Positions 26,419 to 38,600 of a DNA stretch of 64,000 nucleotides are shown one piece after another (the stretch's first letter is position 1; each line of letters opens with the position of its first letter). This stretch comes from a virus: positions 21,289 to 85,288 of the IMG/VR virus record IMGVR_UViG_3300021376_000029. One strand, 5' to 3'. Under the pieces are notes generated by a model, which had not been told where the DNA came from, did not search any database, and was given only the letters and a program-made list of their open reading frames with translations. Made by a program: the position numbers and the translations under genes.

Positions 26419-29400
26419 GAGTGTGCAATTACGCGAAGATCTTCAAGACGAGGAGCAAGTGCTGGATTTGATCCGACAAATACAATTTTGATTGCAAAAG
26501 AACCGAATGGACTTAAGTTATTTGCAGTATACTTATATTCAATGTAAGAATCTAAATCTTCAGAACTTGATGAGAAAGCTCTTAGATTAGATGGAGTAAT
26601 TGACGCAGTATTATCGGAATAACCAGTTTGATTAAAATATGTCCAATTTATCTTATTGAAATCTTCAGAACTTCCATCAGGTCTTAATTTATACATAACC
26701 TTGATATCTCTGTTGTTAAAAAGATTTGCAGTTATCTTACAATCAAGAGATGTAGCTGGAGCATCAAGGGTGATCTCTTTAGTCACATACTTAGAAACTG
26801 ATGAACTTCCATAAGAGTTTGTCTCAGGAACAAATAAGAATCCTCCAGTATCAGAAACACTAGAAACTGTTCTACCAGTAACTGGAACTGTTCCTGCGTC
26901 TGTATCATTAACAATATCACCAGATACAAATGGATTTGGTGATGTTAATTTAATTTTCAGTGAACCAGTTCCAGAATCCCAACCAATAATTTGACCACTC
27001 TTAAGAGTTACTGTAGTAGAATTAGCAACAACAGATCCTTGAGTTACAGGATTATTTCCTACAAAATCACCAACAATATCAATCACTTTGATCTTGCGAT
27101 TAATAGAGTCTACACTTACAATTTGTCCAGATGCACCACTGACTGCTTGTGTTAGTCTCGTATTACTATCAACAGTATTAGTAAATGATCCTCCACTAAT
27201 ATTGCTATAATCAATAATAACACTCCTAACAAATTTTGCAATATTTGTGATAGTATATGCAGAACTAGTTGGTACTATTAAAGTTTGTGATTTAGTACCA
27301 AAACGATCTTCACTACCTGTGGGGGCATCAATTCTAGATCCAATAGTGATTACATTCGCTCTATTTACATCTAAAACAGGAGATACATTATCTTTTGTTG
27401 TTTCCAGGGAAACAAAATACGATAATGATGATTTTCTATTCAATAAATTTGGATTAGCACGATAAACTTCATTTACTCTTGAAGCAATTACTCTACTGTC
27501 TTCAAAATAATAATTATCATTTGAAGTAACAGTAACAGGTAATGCTAAAGTATATTCGTTCGTTGTTCTAGAATCAACTGATTTACCATATGCAGTTTCA
27601 ATTGTAGTTGAGACATTTGAAGATGGGAATGATACTATAGAAATTTGTGATTGCAGAATTTCATATACTTTATTAGTTGTTGCAAAAACATTATTTCCAC
27701 CACCACCACCAGCACCAGTCATGGCTGGATTAGCAGTATTCCAAAGAGTAGAATCAATTTGAATGCAATATGTATCATAACCAACATTACTTACTGAATG
27801 TAATCCATTAATTAAGGATACTGGAATTCCAAAAATATTTTCTGGAGTTCCAATACCAGAAACATTAGATAATACTACAACGTCACCTTCTTTCATTCCA
27901 TGATTTGGTTGTGTTACTCTAATTACTTTTTGATTTGCACCAAACAGTGAAGAAGTGCCAAGAGTATTATCTACTTGTATTGGGTTAATAGGAAGTTTTA
28001 CAGATCCTATTACATCATTTGTTAATTGAATTGTAGATGTAGTAGAAGTATTAAATACACATCTATTGATATTAAACTTGAGATCTTCAATTTCATCTTC
28101 AACCCAAGCAGATGAATTTTGAGACTTGAATAAAGACCCAACGTTTGGTTGGTTAGATGATACAATAATACTATTAAGAAGTGGACTTCCTACTCGTGAA
28201 CTATAAAGTTTATAGTCAGAACTTGGCGTAGAAACAACGAAAGCATAAGTTGCATTGTTTTCAAGATAAACTGGTGATTTAAACTTGAAGGTAGTTTTTA
28301 CACTAGCATCTGTTGAAGTAGCAACACCCATTTTCACAGCTGGGTTAGTGATTCTTAAAATAGATTCAGCAGTTGCAAGACCATCACCACCAATAATTGT
28401 TACAGTAGGTGGTGTATAATATCCAGAACCAGAGTTTGTAATATTAATTTCATAAATTTTTCCACCATAAATTTTTGGTGATGCTGTAGCAACAGACCCA
28501 AATGTTCCGCCATTATCACCATTAATTGTTACTGTAGTCGCGCCTGATACTGTAGAATAACTAGAACCAAAAGTATTAACTTTAATAGATTCAATAATTC
28601 CAGAATCTTGATCTATAAAGAAAGAAGTAGATGTTATAGCAGGTGATCTGTTGACAACAAATTCTTCACCAGCAATGAAAGAAACACCATTATGATTTGA
28701 AAGTATTAGATTATATCTAGTATTTGCTGAAGAAACAATAGACTGTTTCTTAATAACACCAGTAGCACCAGAAGTTTTTCCAGTTATAGTTTCACCAACA
28801 AAGAGAGTTATTCCTTGTGGAATAGTCGTTGAAATCTTTATTCTAAGGATAGTATCAGAATTCAATGAAACTTCACTAAATGGTAAAATATTTCTAGTAG
28901 GAATTCCTCCATTGGTTTCTACTAAGTAGAGAGATACAGGACGTTCAGTGTCTGCGTTAGTTGGATTTAATTTATTTTGGAAATAAAGATTAACACTAGA
29001 AAGGAAGACTCCTTCATCAAAACCTGTTACGGCAAAAGTTTGTGCCAGAGGATCTAGAAGACCAGATTGGTTAATATTTACTTGAGAACTTCCGATAAGT
29101 TGGACTGTATCTGAATTTAGTACAGATCTTCTGCTGATAGATGTAAATCTACTAGAACCTAAAGAAGTTTCTACCAAACCAGCAGCACGATATTCTGTTT
29201 CTGCAAATGTAGAAACTTTAGTATTATCGTTAGAGTTTATTGAACTTGACGTTAATCTGAAAGACTTACTACCACAAACAAATCTTCTTTGATTTCCAGA
29301 TGTCTGGAAGAATGTTTCAACTGAGGAGTTTAAATCAAATGTCTTTTTGCCTAAAACAGGTGCATATCCAGTAGGAATTAAAAACTGTCCGCTTATATTA

Positions 29401-32400
29401 CCATTTATATCAGTAATAATAGAAGTTCCAAAACCTTTTTCTGCATATCCAGCAATTCCAGTGAATGGAGTAGTTATATTAGTAACATCATCTGGGTTTA
29501 TCCACGACGAAACATCAATGCCGTCAAAGAATGCATATAATCTAGTTTCTGGTTCTAATCCTCTAGCAACAAACTTAACTACATTTCGGCGCATATATGG
29601 ATTATATGCTGTAGATAAAACTCTGTCGTTTGCAGATACAGTCGCTGCCCCATATGGGGTCAATCTATTCTGAGTTCCATTTCTAGTTCTAGTCCTTGTT
29701 TTTCCTTTGAGAACTGAGGTAGAATTATTACTGATAGAATTGAATTGAGAACCTGAGGTTGAATTGCTCAAAGAATAATTAGCAGATCCAGTCCAAGCAA
29801 ACTGCCATTCATTCCAAATAGTTCCCCATGAACCAGGAATATTATTTTGAATGGTATCAAAAATTGAATTTTCATTTACAATCAATTCTGGTGCAATGGT
29901 AGTATCTTTCCATTCATCAATATTTGGTTCTAATGTTACTATCCCACCAAATTTTGCTGCTCTTCCAGGATTAATTGTAATCGTGGTTGAAGCATGTGGG
30001 TTATTAATAGTAGACTGTTCTGTGAATGGAAGAGTAATTAATTCACCAGTTTTCTTATATCCACTTGCAGATCTTTGTAAATCATTAGTATTTTTTTCAA
30101 TTAATTTTGTTTGAGATGCATAGTAACTTGGTCTTGCAACTCCTGTTTGCATATCAATAGAACATGAGTAATCAATTGAATTAGTATTGCCAATATTATG
30201 ACCTTCAAAATTATCTACTAAAATACCATTCTTAAATCTTTCATTTCCAAATTCATCACGAACTTGGGTGTTAAATGTATCTTGCTCAAGAAGACTTAAT
30301 ACAGTATAGTATTCAAGTTTTTCAATCCTCTTTTCAAGTTTACCAATATCACGCATTGTATAGCGACGATTATCAATGCTCTTGGTTTTGATATCAAAAA
30401 TATTAAAAGTATATGCAGGAATATTGAAATAGTATAAAAGCATTCCATCTGAAATTTCAGAAGGTACTTGAGGATTCAGTGAAGGTGTTCCTTTAGATAC
30501 AGTAAATGAACCATCTTTAGTGAGATATAAAGCATCAATTCTATTCAGATAAAATCTATATCCAGTATCATATGAAGTTCCAAATAAAGGAATTGCTGGA
30601 GAAGCAGAACCAACACCATTGAACTTGAGGGCATCAGTAGTTTTCTTATCACTATATCCTGGAAGAACAGTTTCAGTATCAAGTCCAGTGTAGTCTGAAA
30701 CTCTAGGTCTGAAATCAACTACATCTCTCAGAGAAATTTCTCCATATACAGATGAAGTAAATGAAGGTATATTTTTATAATTAATGTTCGTATAAGAATC
30801 TACAGTAAAGTAATCACCAGTATTTGTATTACCAATATGTCTAAAGTAATCATACACTACTAAAAGTTTATTGGTAGGAATTTGAGCATCTGGTTTTCTA
30901 ATAATTCTTGCTAAATCATAATGAGTATCTCTTTGACCACCATCAAAAATAAATCTATCAGTTACATTAGTATCATTTTTAGTGGCATCAGCTCCACTGG
31001 AAGACATGTATATTGCTTGTAATGTATAACCATCTGCATATTGTAGAGGAATAACTGGATCAGAAAATCCTGTCGCTACTTGATATTCTTGTGAATATAC
31101 TAATACTTTAGTTTTTGGTATAGTATCACTTTTGTTAACAGGAGCAATTAACTTAAATGGTGCCGAAGCAAATGATCCAGTTAATGTAATAGTAAGAGAT
31201 TTATTGCTATTTGAATACGAAACTACGCCAGATCCTGATATATCAATTAAGTTACCATTAGATGGATTGCTAAGAATATAATTATCAGATGAATAATTTA
31301 AGAAACTTTCATTAGTACCTACAGTTACAGTAAATGCTCCTGATGCATCAAAATTACCAATGAATTCTTTCTGAACAGTATAATTGATATTTGTATTATT
31401 AGGATTAAGAATTGTAGTTTGTACATTCTTATTTGGTAAAGGAAGTAATAAGGAATTGCCTGTCAGACCATTCAGTTTTGTTCTGACTCTTGAAATAACT
31501 TTACCTGTAAATGAACTTAAGATTAGACCATAAACATAAATTCTGCTGGTAAAACCTGAACCCTCTCTTACAGCAAATCTTACTAAGTATTTTCTAGTAA
31601 TACCAGCGTTATCTGTAACTTCAATAATATCACCTTTACTTAAGTCTAGATCAGGACGTGAGGCTAAATTATCAGCACTAATATAGTATGATCCTTCTAC
31701 TGCATTAAATGTTGCGCCGTTAGCAACATTGAATATATCCTGTTTAGATGTAATATCACCAGCAAATGGATTCCCCGTAGTAGAACCATAAAAACTTTTA
31801 ATATATGAAGCATCATAAGAAATAACGTTATTTTTATTCAGAATAGCTTCAAATGCACACCCATTTCCTCCATAATTACTAGTAACAGTCACTACAGGAG
31901 ATGAATTATAATTACCTAAAGATAAACGAGCTGCGTTAGTTATTCTAATAGATCTTAATTCACCGTTCGTTATAGTAATATTAGATGCTTGAATAATAGA
32001 AGTTACATCAGTACCACCAATTGATATAGTTAGACTACTAGCAGTAGTATAACCACTTCCAAATGATTTTGGTTTTAAATATGCAATAGTGCTATCTTCT
32101 TCAATAATATTGTATGGAGTAGAAGTGCCATCCAGTTCAGACAATATAGTTTCATTATCCTGAAAAATTCCATTAACACGAGATAATACTACTTCATTTG
32201 TATCTGATAAAATTTGTTCAACAATACCCTCTGCTCCACTAGATTGTCCTGTAACGAATTTTCCTACGCTAAAGTTTACAGGATTTTTGCATAATACTTT
32301 AGTATAATACTCAGTACCAAAAAGACCTAATTTATATAATGATGATGTTTTATCGTAAATATTAGCATTTGAATTGCCAGTTAAAAATTTCAGATATTTT

Positions 32401-33989
32401 GTTTTTGAAATACCAATATATGATGTGGTAATTCTATCTGCATCCATCAGTGTTCCACTAACAGAACCCATAGTTATCGTTTGACCAATTATAAAATCAA
32501 CACTGGATGGTTTTGTTACCAAAACAACTGCTTTAGTTTGTGAAGCATTTTGTTGATAAACTCTGACTTCACCGCTAATAGATCCAATAGAATATGGCGT
32601 ATTTACTGCAACCTGACCAGATGAAGAAATGTTAGATACTGTTAAAATCCAGAATTTTTCACTTTCTGGTGAATCTGCGTTTAAGTTTGCTGTTGTATCA
32701 CCATATAATACATCACTATGAGTATCATAAAGTTTAATTTCTTGATATGGATTAGTACTTAATAATCCAGAACCAGTTAAGTTTTGAGTTTTACCTTCAA
32801 TATCAGGAAAAGAATATAGATTTTTTACTGTATAATTAGAACCTTCTAAAGGTGATATGAAAATATTTTCTTGAGTTTCTGTATCTCTTGCCTTGTCAAC
32901 TACAATATATTTTGTAGAGGTTGTTTCTATTTCATATCCTCTAACATATGCTTTTCCAGGATTTAATGAAATGGCAAATTTATTTTCATCACCACCTTGT
33001 TGAGTAGTATAAAGTCCATTGTTTGATCCATTATTTAAATGTTCTTGCAGATTTATTGTAAAGTCTCTTACAATATAATCTCCAGATTCATCCTGGGTTC
33101 TTCTAGCAAGAATGGCGAGAATATCATTAACACTAAAATTAAGATTTCCAATTGGGGTTGTAATTTGACTATTACCACCAATAATGACCATTAACTGAAC
33201 AAAATCTTTTTGATCAGGACTTGAAATATCTCTTTTTACCAATGAAACAGTGATCTTTAATCTATGTGATCCAGGAGCACTAAAATTTGAATATCCCTGA
33301 GCATTATCAAGAAGAGAAAGATCTTCTTCTGAAGTTACCAACTGTTCATTTATAACAAAACCAACTTTGTATGAAGGAGTATTGCTATATTTGTCTAATA
33401 TTACTGTTTCAGTATTATTTCTTACTAATGTGCCGTTTATGAAATAAACTCCTTCTTTTACAGTTACCGCAGATCCAAATCCCATGGCTGGACTTGATGT
33501 TGGTTTTACATTACCAGTAATACCAACAATTGCTGTCGGTGATCCAGGAGAATTTGCAATAATCGTTTCGCCTTCTGCAAATGTTTTTTGAACATTTGAA
33601 GTTCCGCTGTTTTCATATTTGACAAATAATGTTGCTGAATCTGTATCAGTAAAAGCAGTAGCATCTATGACTGTTGCAACAATTCCAGTAGTTGCACCAG
33701 TCATTTTTTTACCAATGTAATCAGTAATTTGTAAATTATTGGTAAAAGAACTTACTTTAACATAAGAATATTGACTATCAAAAATAATTTCCCCAGGTAC
33801 TACTACAGAACCTTGCTTAAACTTTGATTTAGCAAGAGTTTCTATTTGAGTTTGTAATATTGATTGTAATGTAGTTAATTCTCTTGATTGGATTGAATAT
33901 CCAGGTCTAAACAGAACCCTATAAAAATTTTTTAAGGGATCAAAATCATCAAAATATGGAGCTTTATTAAGATTCGTACTCTGGGGCAT
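26415..33989 (-). CDS. VrlC-like / DUF4815 virion protein
   Basis: PYFDDFD..FYRVLFRPG..IQSRELTTLQSILQ, NRRYTMRDIGKLEKRI, DPLAQTF. Confidence 0.85.
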   Translation of the reverse strand: MPQSTNLNKAPYFDDFDPLKNFYRVLFRPGYSIQSRELTTLQSILQTQIETLAKSKFKQGSVVVPGEIIFDSQYSYVKVSSFTNNLQITDYIGKKMTGATTGIVATVIDATAFTDTDSATLFVKYENSGTSNVQKTFAEGETIIANSPGSPTAIVGITGNVKPTSSPAMGFGSAVTVKEGVYFINGTLVRNNTETVILDKYSNTPSYKVGFVINEQLVTSEEDLSLLDNAQGYSNFSAPGSHRLKITVSLVKRDISSPDQKDFVQLMVIIGGNSQITTPIGNLNFSVNDILAILARRTQDESGDYIVRDFTINLQEHLNNGSNNGLYTTQQGGDENKFAISLNPGKAYVRGYEIETTSTKYIVVDKARDTETQENIFISPLEGSNYTVKNLYSFPDIEGKTQNLTGSGLLSTNPYQEIKLYDTHSDVLYGDTTANLNADSPESEKFWILTVSNISSSGQVAVNTPYSIGSISGEVRVYQQNASQTKAVVLVTKPSSVDFIIGQTITMGSVSGTLMDADRITTSYIGISKTKYLKFLTGNSNANIYDKTSSLYKLGLFGTEYYTKVLCKNPVNFSVGKFVTGQSSGAEGIVEQILSDTNEVVLSRVNGIFQDNETILSELDGTSTPYNIIEEDSTIAYLKPKSFGSGYTTASSLTISIGGTDVTSIIQASNITITNGELRSIRITNAARLSLGNYNSSPVVTVTSNYGGNGCAFEAILNKNNVISYDASYIKSFYGSTTGNPFAGDITSKQDIFNVANGATFNAVEGSYYISADNLASRPDLDLSKGDIIEVTDNAGITRKYLVRFAVREGSGFTSRIYVYGLILSSFTGKVISRVRTKLNGLTGNSLLLPLPNKNVQTTILNPNNTNINYTVQKEFIGNFDASGAFTVTVGTNESFLNYSSDNYILSNPSNGNLIDISGSGVVSYSNSNKSLTITLTGSFASAPFKLIAPVNKSDTIPKTKVLVYSQEYQVATGFSDPVIPLQYADGYTLQAIYMSSSGADATKNDTNVTDRFIFDGGQRDTHYDLARIIRKPDAQIPTNKLLVVYDYFRHIGNTNTGDYFTVDSYTNINYKNIPSFTSSVYGEISLRDVVDFRPRVSDYTGLDTETVLPGYSDKKTTDALKFNGVGSASPAIPLFGTSYDTGYRFYLNRIDALYLTKDGSFTVSKGTPSLNPQVPSEISDGMLLYYFNIPAYTFNIFDIKTKSIDNRRYTMRDIGKLEKRIEKLEYYTVLSLLEQDTFNTQVRDEFGNERFKNGILVDNFEGHNIGNTNSIDYSCSIDMQTGVARPSYYASQTKLIEKNTNDLQRSASGYKKTGELITLPFTEQSTINNPHASTTITINPGRAAKFGGIVTLEPNIDEWKDTTIAPELIVNENSIFDTIQNNIPGSWGTIWNEWQFAWTGSANYSLSNSTSGSQFNSISNNSTSVLKGKTRTRTRNGTQNRLTPYGAATVSANDRVLSTAYNPYMRRNVVKFVARGLEPETRLYAFFDGIDVSSWINPDDVTNITTPFTGIAGYAEKGFGTSIITDINGNISGQFLIPTGYAPVLGKKTFDLNSSVETFFQTSGNQRRFVCGSKSFRLTSSSINSNDNTKVSTFAETEYRAAGLVETSLGSSRFTSISRRSVLNSDTVQLIGSSQVNINQSGLLDPLAQTFAVTGFDEGVFLSSVNLYFQNKLNPTNADTERPVSLYLVETNGGIPTRNILPFSEVSLNSDTILRIKISTTIPQGITLFVGETITGKTSGATGVIKKQSIVSSANTRYNLILSNHNGVSFIAGEEFVVNRSPAITSTSFFIDQDSGIIESIKVNTFGSSYSTVSGATTVTINGDNGGTFGSVATASPKIYGGKIYEINITNSGSGYYTPPTVTIIGGDGLATAESILRITNPAVKMGVATSTDASVKTTFKFKSPVYLENNATYAFVVSTPSSDYKLYSSRVGSPLLNSIIVSSNQPNVGSLFKSQNSSAWVEDEIEDLKFNINRCVFNTSTTSTIQLTNDVIGSVKLPINPIQVDNTLGTSSLFGANQKVIRVTQPNHGMKEGDVVVLSNVSGIGTPENIFGIPVSLINGLHSVSNVGYDTYCIQIDSTLWNTANPAMTGAGGGGGNNVFATTNKVYEILQSQISIVSFPSSNVSTTIETAYGKSVDSRTTNEYTLALPVTVTSNDNYYFEDSRVIASRVNEVYRANPNLLNRKSSLSYFVSLETTKDNVSPVLDVNRANVITIGSRIDAPTGSEDRFGTKSQTLIVPTSSAYTITNIAKFVRSVIIDYSNISGGSFTNTVDSNTRLTQAVSGASGQIVSVDSINRKIKVIDIVGDFVGNNPVTQGSVVANSTTVTLKSGQIIGWDSGTGSLKIKLTSPNPFVSGDIVNDTDAGTVPVTGRTVSSVSDTGGFLFVPETNSYGSSSVSKYVTKEITLDAPATSLDCKITANLFNNRDIKVMYKLRPDGSSEDFNKINWTYFNQTGYSDNTASITPSNLRAFSSSSEDLDSYIEYKYTANNLSPFGSFAIKIVFVGSNPALAPRLEDLRVIAHS

Positions 33990-34027
33990 ATTATTAAACT
34001 ATTAATGAGTTTGATCTATGATATATA

Positions 34028-35590
34028 TTAGAATTCTACAACTAGTTTAACATCTTCAATTTGATCAACTGCTCTTGAGACAGTTCTTCTATTTTCAACA
34101 TAAAGAATATCACCTGTATATTTTTCAATTTCTGGTCTTGAATAACCAGTAGTAAAAGTCAAATTAGATACAGTTAAACTATAGGTAATATCTGGAGTTT
34201 CTGATGCTGTTGATGTAGCTCCAGTGATTGCATTTGCGCCAGAAAACTGAGGAAGAGAACCTCCCTGGGCTCCAGTTTGAATATGCTCATAGCTACTTTG
34301 ATATACTTTTAAAATCTTAGTAGTAGGATCCCATGAAACTACTCTTCCTTTTGCATTAGTATTTGCTTGAGTAACGACTTCATCAAGGCTAAAAGATGCA
34401 GTAGTTGAACTTGGGAATTTGATTGAGGTAAGAGCACTATAAGTAGATGATGTAGCACTTACACCTGATGATTCTTTAGGATCTCTCACAATACCAATTC
34501 TTCTAAAATCAGTGTCAATTGGGAATTCAAAGTTTTCATCATACTGAACTCTGGAGTTAATCATAACTCTCTTAGTCCCAAGTTCTTTGTATATATTAAA
34601 TCCATGGCCGCCAGGAGGTGGAATAATTACTTCAAGAACTGCACCAGATCCAGCTCCAATGCCAGAAATTTCGGTGGAGTTGACATTTACAGAGCCGAAA
34701 GTATACCCAGATCCGTTAGTCGTCACTGTAACACTAGTAACTGCACCACTAACAATAACAATAGTACACAATGCTTGAACACCACCAGTTATAGAAGTAT
34801 AGTCTCCGCGAATAGGAACGTTAGTATATGTGCCGTCAGTATATCCACTACCAGCATTTTTAATAATTACTGTATCAATAGAACCATTGATTGCTGCTGT
34901 TTTTACGTCTGTACCATTCGCAGGATCGCCTGCAGCACCTGTTCCCCAAGTTGCTGGTACGGGAATATAGGATGTAGTGAAAAACTTGATAACATCGTCT
35001 GTACCGATGCTGTACATAAACTTCCACCTATAACCATCTGCAGTATTAAAAGTAGAAGTTCCTGTTCCAGTTGGTGCTACCGAAGAAGCAATACCATTTG
35101 GGTTTGCAACCGTAGAACCATTATAAATGCACTTGTAAACTTTATAGTTATGTACTACATAAAATTTTGCATTATATAAATTTGTAGCATTTTGCCCTGA
35201 TGAAACTGCTCTATAATCAACACTATAATTAGGACGGTACATATCATAAATTTGTCCCGAAGTCCAATTATAACGAGGAATTACAAGTCTCACATCAGAG
35301 GATTGAATTCTCTTAAGAGAAATCATATCATCAAAGGTTTCTCTTTCATAATCAAAATTATCAATAGGTGTTGGGGGATTATTTTCGTTTGGAGTAGCAA
35401 GATATGAAGCACTATGTTGACTGCCCGCAGGTTGTCCTACATATGCTGTTGCGCCAGGCGCCGCCGCAGTATCCCAATTTTGGGGTCTGCCCATGAAAAA
35501 GTACATATTTGTAGCAGCAGTTTCACTAAAAGCTTCTTCAAACTGCTGTGCATTATGAATTCTAAACTGTTCAGAAATAAGTGCTGGCAT
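34028..35590 (-). CDS. gp8: Baseplate wedge subunit gp8
   Basis: FRIHNAQQF, VIPRYNW, VYKC, DGYRWKFMY, GDILYVENR..EDVKLVVEF. Confidence 0.9.
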   Translation of the reverse strand: MPALISEQFRIHNAQQFEEAFSETAATNMYFFMGRPQNWDTAAAPGATAYVGQPAGSQHSASYLATPNENNPPTPIDNFDYERETFDDMISLKRIQSSDVRLVIPRYNWTSGQIYDMYRPNYSVDYRAVSSGQNATNLYNAKFYVVHNYKVYKCIYNGSTVANPNGIASSVAPTGTGTSTFNTADGYRWKFMYSIGTDDVIKFFTTSYIPVPATWGTGAAGDPANGTDVKTAAINGSIDTVIIKNAGSGYTDGTYTNVPIRGDYTSITGGVQALCTIVIVSGAVTSVTVTTNGSGYTFGSVNVNSTEISGIGAGSGAVLEVIIPPPGGHGFNIYKELGTKRVMINSRVQYDENFEFPIDTDFRRIGIVRDPKESSGVSATSSTYSALTSIKFPSSTTASFSLDEVVTQANTNAKGRVVSWDPTTKILKVYQSSYEHIQTGAQGGSLPQFSGANAITGATSTASETPDITYSLTVSNLTFTTGYSRPEIEKYTGDILYVENRRTVSRAVDQIEDVKLVVEF

Positions 35591-35619
35591 TTTTATTTAA
35601 TCTTTAGAAATTTCTGTGT

Positions 35620-35627
35620 TATTTATA
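35620..35627 (-). promoter_or_regulatory. T4-type late promoter TATAAATA
   Basis: TATTTATA on the + strand, upstream of gp8. Confidence 0.75.
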
Positions 35628-35631
35628 TTTA

Positions 35632-38600
35632 TCATCCTCGCCAAGCAAGTCTCATATAATCACCTTGATTATGAGATGTTGAAGATGTATTGAGTACACC
35701 ACGCTGGCAATTCAATAATTGACCGCTAAAGATAGATGAATAGAAAATGGTTTCATCACCAAATTCAATATATCCTGAAGGAGGCAAATTATAAGTATTT
35801 CCACTAATTAAAATAGTTTGATCAAGATCAGTAATTCCAGAGGCAAGAGTTAATCCAAAACTGATATAAGAATCTTCACCGTAATTAATAATTATATTAT
35901 CGCTAGCGCCAGTAGTACTCCCAGGTCTATTTACAAAATCAGCAATAGTTAAATTAGGTGCATAACGAGAAACATTTTCAATATTTACATTTGTTCCCAA
36001 ATAAGAAGATAAAGGATCATTAATATTCAATGGTTCATACTTAAATTTATTTTCTTCAAATGTATTCAAGACATAGGCTAATGCTGGTCGTGAAACATCA
36101 CGATTTGTTCTATTTTCTGTTTCAATAGTTGTAACTTTTGTGCTACTGATACTTGTTTGTATCACAGGAATTTCATATTTTTCTTCGCTTCCAATTGCAG
36201 TGCTTCCAGTTAATCCAGCAGAAGTAAGTAATGCAATACCATCATTTGCTTTCATATCTATTATTATATCTTTAAAGTCATAAACTGGTTTCTTTCTGAT
36301 TAATTCATATCGTTTAGCAAAAATAATTTCTGGTGCTGTTGTATAACCAGATCCAGGATTTGTAATAGTTACCGATACCACACGACCATTTTCAATTGTA
36401 GAATACGCTTCTGCACCTGTTCCTGGATTACCACATGCTGGTTTGAATAAAACTATAGGTGCTGTTTCATATTCCATACCACCATTATTGACATCAATTC
36501 TTGTAATTAGGTTATTATAAACTGATGGAATAGAAACAGTTCCTGAAATTGAAGTAGTTCCGCTTACTGAAACTGGATTAGCACCAGATACAGCGACTCC
36601 AGAAACTACTGCAGTTGCAACAGCATTTTTACCCTTAATATATGAGTTATCGGTATAAACAAAAGCAGTATAAAGTAAATCATCTCCTTGTTCCAAAACA
36701 TTTTGTTCTATAGAAATAAGTTCTTTAGGTGTTTCGCCTTGGATTTTAATTAAATCTCCTGGTTTGAGATATTCATAAGTCTGATTAACTTTTTTCAAAT
36801 ATCTACATCCATCTATAGTATTTTCACCAATATAATGGATATCCTCAAAAACTTTACCATTCCATATAGAGATAGTTTTATCAAATGTTTTTCCGTAGAA
36901 ATATAATAAATTACACTTTTTACCCTTGGTAGGAGCTTCCTTGAATGTCAGAATATTATCTGATATAGTATAAGTGTCATTTTCATTTTGAGGAACACCA
37001 TCAAGAAGTATTAATAATTGATGAACATCAGGAAGTTTTATAATATCATCCTGATATTTCAGTTCAAAAACAGTTTGCCTGTCATTAAATTGATCTGAAA
37101 TATTATTAAGCATTTTGTACTTACTAAAAGAGTATCCAAAGAAATTACGACTTGCATCAAAAGATTCATAAAAAACTATTTTATTTGGATAAACCGATCT
37201 ATTAATAATATAACTTTCTCCATAAATTTGCAGAACGCCATCAACAAATATCAAGAGATTTTCATCTTGCTCTGTAACAAGATTTGCTCCATCTAGTTTA
37301 TAAAGATTAAATTCTTTGGTGACTCCATCAAATAAAATATTCTTCAATTTATAAGAATACCTAATGTCATCAGAAGAATTAGTCAACTTATATAATACCG
37401 AATAGAAAGTAGAACCTTCTTTTGGTGGTTCATACATTCTAAGAGTATTATTTGTAGTATTGAACTCAAATTGTCCTTTAATTACTTTAGCATTTGTTAA
37501 TCTTGAACTCAATATAGTATCAGAAGTTCCTAAGAAATCAGGTAAAATATTAAAATCCTTAACATACAATTGATTTGCTAATGCAAGTTTCATCATATTT
37601 TTTGCCTTATTAAAGGCAACAATAGATTCTGATACTTCACCCTGAACACCATTTGAAATTAATGTGTTTCCAGATGTAGTTAAATATGAATTTGTAGCAT
37701 CAAGTATATTAGAATTACCGCCATAGAAAAGATCTAAAACAACAGCATCAACAATAATTCCAATATCTCTTTTACACTTTGTTTCTCCTGATGCTGTGGT
37801 TCCAGAAGATACCGCTGGAATAGGAGTTGGATATGTTAAAGATCCTTGATTTAAATGGAATGTTACGATTCCAGAAAGAATATCAATATTATTTCTGACA
37901 TTAGTACATGATGTTGGATTAGTATTTGAAGAAACACCAGATGCAGGTAATGGATCTGCAGTAATTGTAAGATCTTTAGTAAACAACTGGTTGGTGATTG
38001 CCAGTTTCATTACATCACGAGCTTTGTTGAATGCTGTGATAGATTCAGCTATTTCTCCTTGAAGTCCGTTAGAAGTTAATGAAGTTCCAGTAGCATTAAA
38101 ATATTGTTTTAAAAATTCAATAACATATCTATTGCTTCCTACATGTACATCTAAAGAAACTGCATCAATAAAAATACCGATATCTCTCTTGCATTTTGCC
38201 TCTCCAGCAGGAACAGTAGTTGATACTGATTCAGCAGGAAGACCAGTTACGTTACCAGCAGTAATATGAGAAGTAATAATTAATGTTAGGTTTGTAATAG
38301 CAGTTTGAATATCTGAGCAAGCAGTTGGACTAGTATTACTAACATTACCGCCAGTGCCACCATAATTAGCTGCACCACTAGTAATAGTGAGATCTTTGAT
38401 TGTCAGTTGGTTAGCAACTGCCTTTTTCATTTCATCTCTTGCCTTATTAAAAGCAAGAACTGATTGTGCTTCTTCTCCCACAAGACCATTTGTAATAGGA
38501 CTGCCATTATTAAAATATGAAAGAACAAATTGACGACTGTATACATTTCCGCCAGCTTGAGCAATGTCTAAAGATACAGAATCAATGAAGATACCAATAT